Assembly (NCBI GenBank): GCA_903813345.2
Contig: CAIIXF020000001.1
Span: 35,588,001 to 35,652,000, forward strand
DNA length: 64,000 nt
Source: Owenia fusiformis
Taxonomy: Eukaryota
Direction of reading: 5' to 3'
Part shown: piece by piece, positions 62,501 to 64,000 of the stretch
Layout: each line of letters begins with the position of its first letter
How positions within the stretch are numbered: position 1 is the stretch's first letter
Program-made: the position numbers and the translations under genes
Notes under the pieces: model-generated
Seen by the model: the letters and a program-made list of their open reading frames with translations, nothing else
Database searches by the model: none
Told to the model about the DNA's origin: nothing

Positions 62501-62593
62501 TTGCTAGTAACTTTGAAATCCCCCTTTAAGAATAAATGTAATAAAAATGAATGTAACTAATACATAGAAGTGTCATGATTTTCTAATGTCCTG

Positions 62594-63709
62594 GTGGATT
62601 TACATAAGGTTTCAAATATTCTTAAATTTACTATTTTCGCAGATGATACAAATATCTTATGTTCAAACAAAGACCTTCATGATCTATATAGAAATGTAAA
62701 TCTAGAAATGGAAAAGACATTAGAATGGTTCAAATCAAATAAACTTTCTTTGAATATAGACAAGACAAATTATATGCTATTTACAAGATCAAAGTTAAAG
62801 ATTGATGAAAATCAAGATTTTAATATAAAAATAGGGGGTAATATTCTTGAAAGAGTAATGCATACAAATTTTCTGGGAGTAACAATTGATTGTAAATTAA
62901 AATGGAATGAGCACATAAATAAGGTTATACATAAAATATCTAAAATTATTGGTATTCTGGGAAAGATTAAATATAAATTGAATACAAAAACCATGATTAC
63001 CATTTATAATTCACTTATATTATCACAATTGAACTATTGCAACATCATATGGGGTAATGCATGTAAAACCTTTTTAAATAAATTGCTTTTGTTACAAAAA
63101 CGTGCAGTGAGAATAATCACAAATTCTGACTTTTTAGCACATAGCCCACCTCTTTTTAAACAACTCAATTTTCTAGATATTTTTGACATACATAAGCTTG
63201 AAGTTGCAAAATTTCTTTATCAATACACAACAAAACCCGATGGCTTTCCTTTTGACATATTTGAAAATTATTTTACTCCAAATTTGATATTTCATGAACA
63301 TGAGACAAGATTCCAAAATTGCCTTCACATGAAAAAATTTAGAACAATTATAGGTCAAAACTCAATAAAATATTCAGGTGCTCAGCTTTGGAATAATCTG
63401 CCAACTTCTTTGAAAACATTACCTTCCATTAACTGTTTTAAAAAGAATTTTAAAATTCATATGACATCAACCTATTCTGAACTGAATTACTGACAAGCAT
63501 ATATGTAGATTTTATATATTGTTATCAATTTTATTCTCATTTAACTGAGTAAATATTTTTTAAATTGTTCTTTTTTCTCATTTCCATTTGACTCAGGTTA
63601 ATATTTAAATGTTTTCACGCTGATACACTTATTAAAAGTGTCTAGTGTTATTATGTATTTGATTTTAATTTTAGAGAATAAATATTTTTAATAAAAAAAA
63701 AAAAAAAAA
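62594..63709 (+). mobile_element. 5'-truncated LINE (CR1/L2-group-like) with open RT C-terminal frame (62594-63493), 3' UTR and poly(A)
   Basis: FADD catalytic motif, WFKSNKLSLNIDKT, FLGVTID, LQKRAVRII, LWNNLP. AATAAA running into an A17 tail (63693-63709). Confidence 0.92.
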
Positions 63710-64000
63710 GGCTCTAAGGCATTAACATGCAAAATGTAACCATCATTTGTTACAGATGCCAATCGTCAACTGCCATAAAAAACAGAGACCATGTGACAAT
63801 GTGTCACCACTTTTAGATGGTGATATAAAAAGTATCTCTTCCCCAGAGTGAAGATAGGATATTTGAGCTTACTTATTTATCTCTATATATTGAACTATGA
63901 ACTGTTATCTCCTTTATCTTAATGGTTATCTATAATCTGTTTATATACAGGGCACGCCTTAAGCGTCGGACAGCTGGTCATTATCTGGTTACTTTTGATA

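Noticed and set aside
62570..63730. Target-site duplication around the LINE
   Set aside because: No convincing direct repeat at the two junctions.

Overview
AT-rich eukaryotic (metazoan invertebrate, probably lophotrochozoan-like; species not identifiable from the sequence) genomic DNA with GT-AG spliced genes and a dense load of nested non-autonomous transposons. I assembled five protein-coding genes by hand with consistent splice phases: (1) an unnamed 269-aa protein (minus, 16387-22077) with an N-myristoylation motif and a probable C-terminal ubiquitin-like fold, head-to-head with (2) a 616-aa ASTE1/FAM120-type XPG/PIN nuclease-like gene (plus, 23453-28155); (3) NAA38/LSMD1 (minus, 30749-35352) head-to-head with (4) CYB5D1 (plus, 35631-38528), as in vertebrates; and (5) a PAQR5-like membrane progestin receptor with an almost intronless CDS (minus). 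There is also a 5'-truncated LINE with an open RT frame and poly(A) tail. The most notable non-coding signals are two P-element-type excision footprints (17-nt TIR stubs, 7-bp TSD), a Spy-type TSD-less insertion whose empty site lies next to it, a 4.1-kb foldback element, several multi-level transposon nests, and a class of sequence-unrelated but structurally identical 'hairpin + inverted repeat' elements. All alignments were done by eye and no database searches were run.
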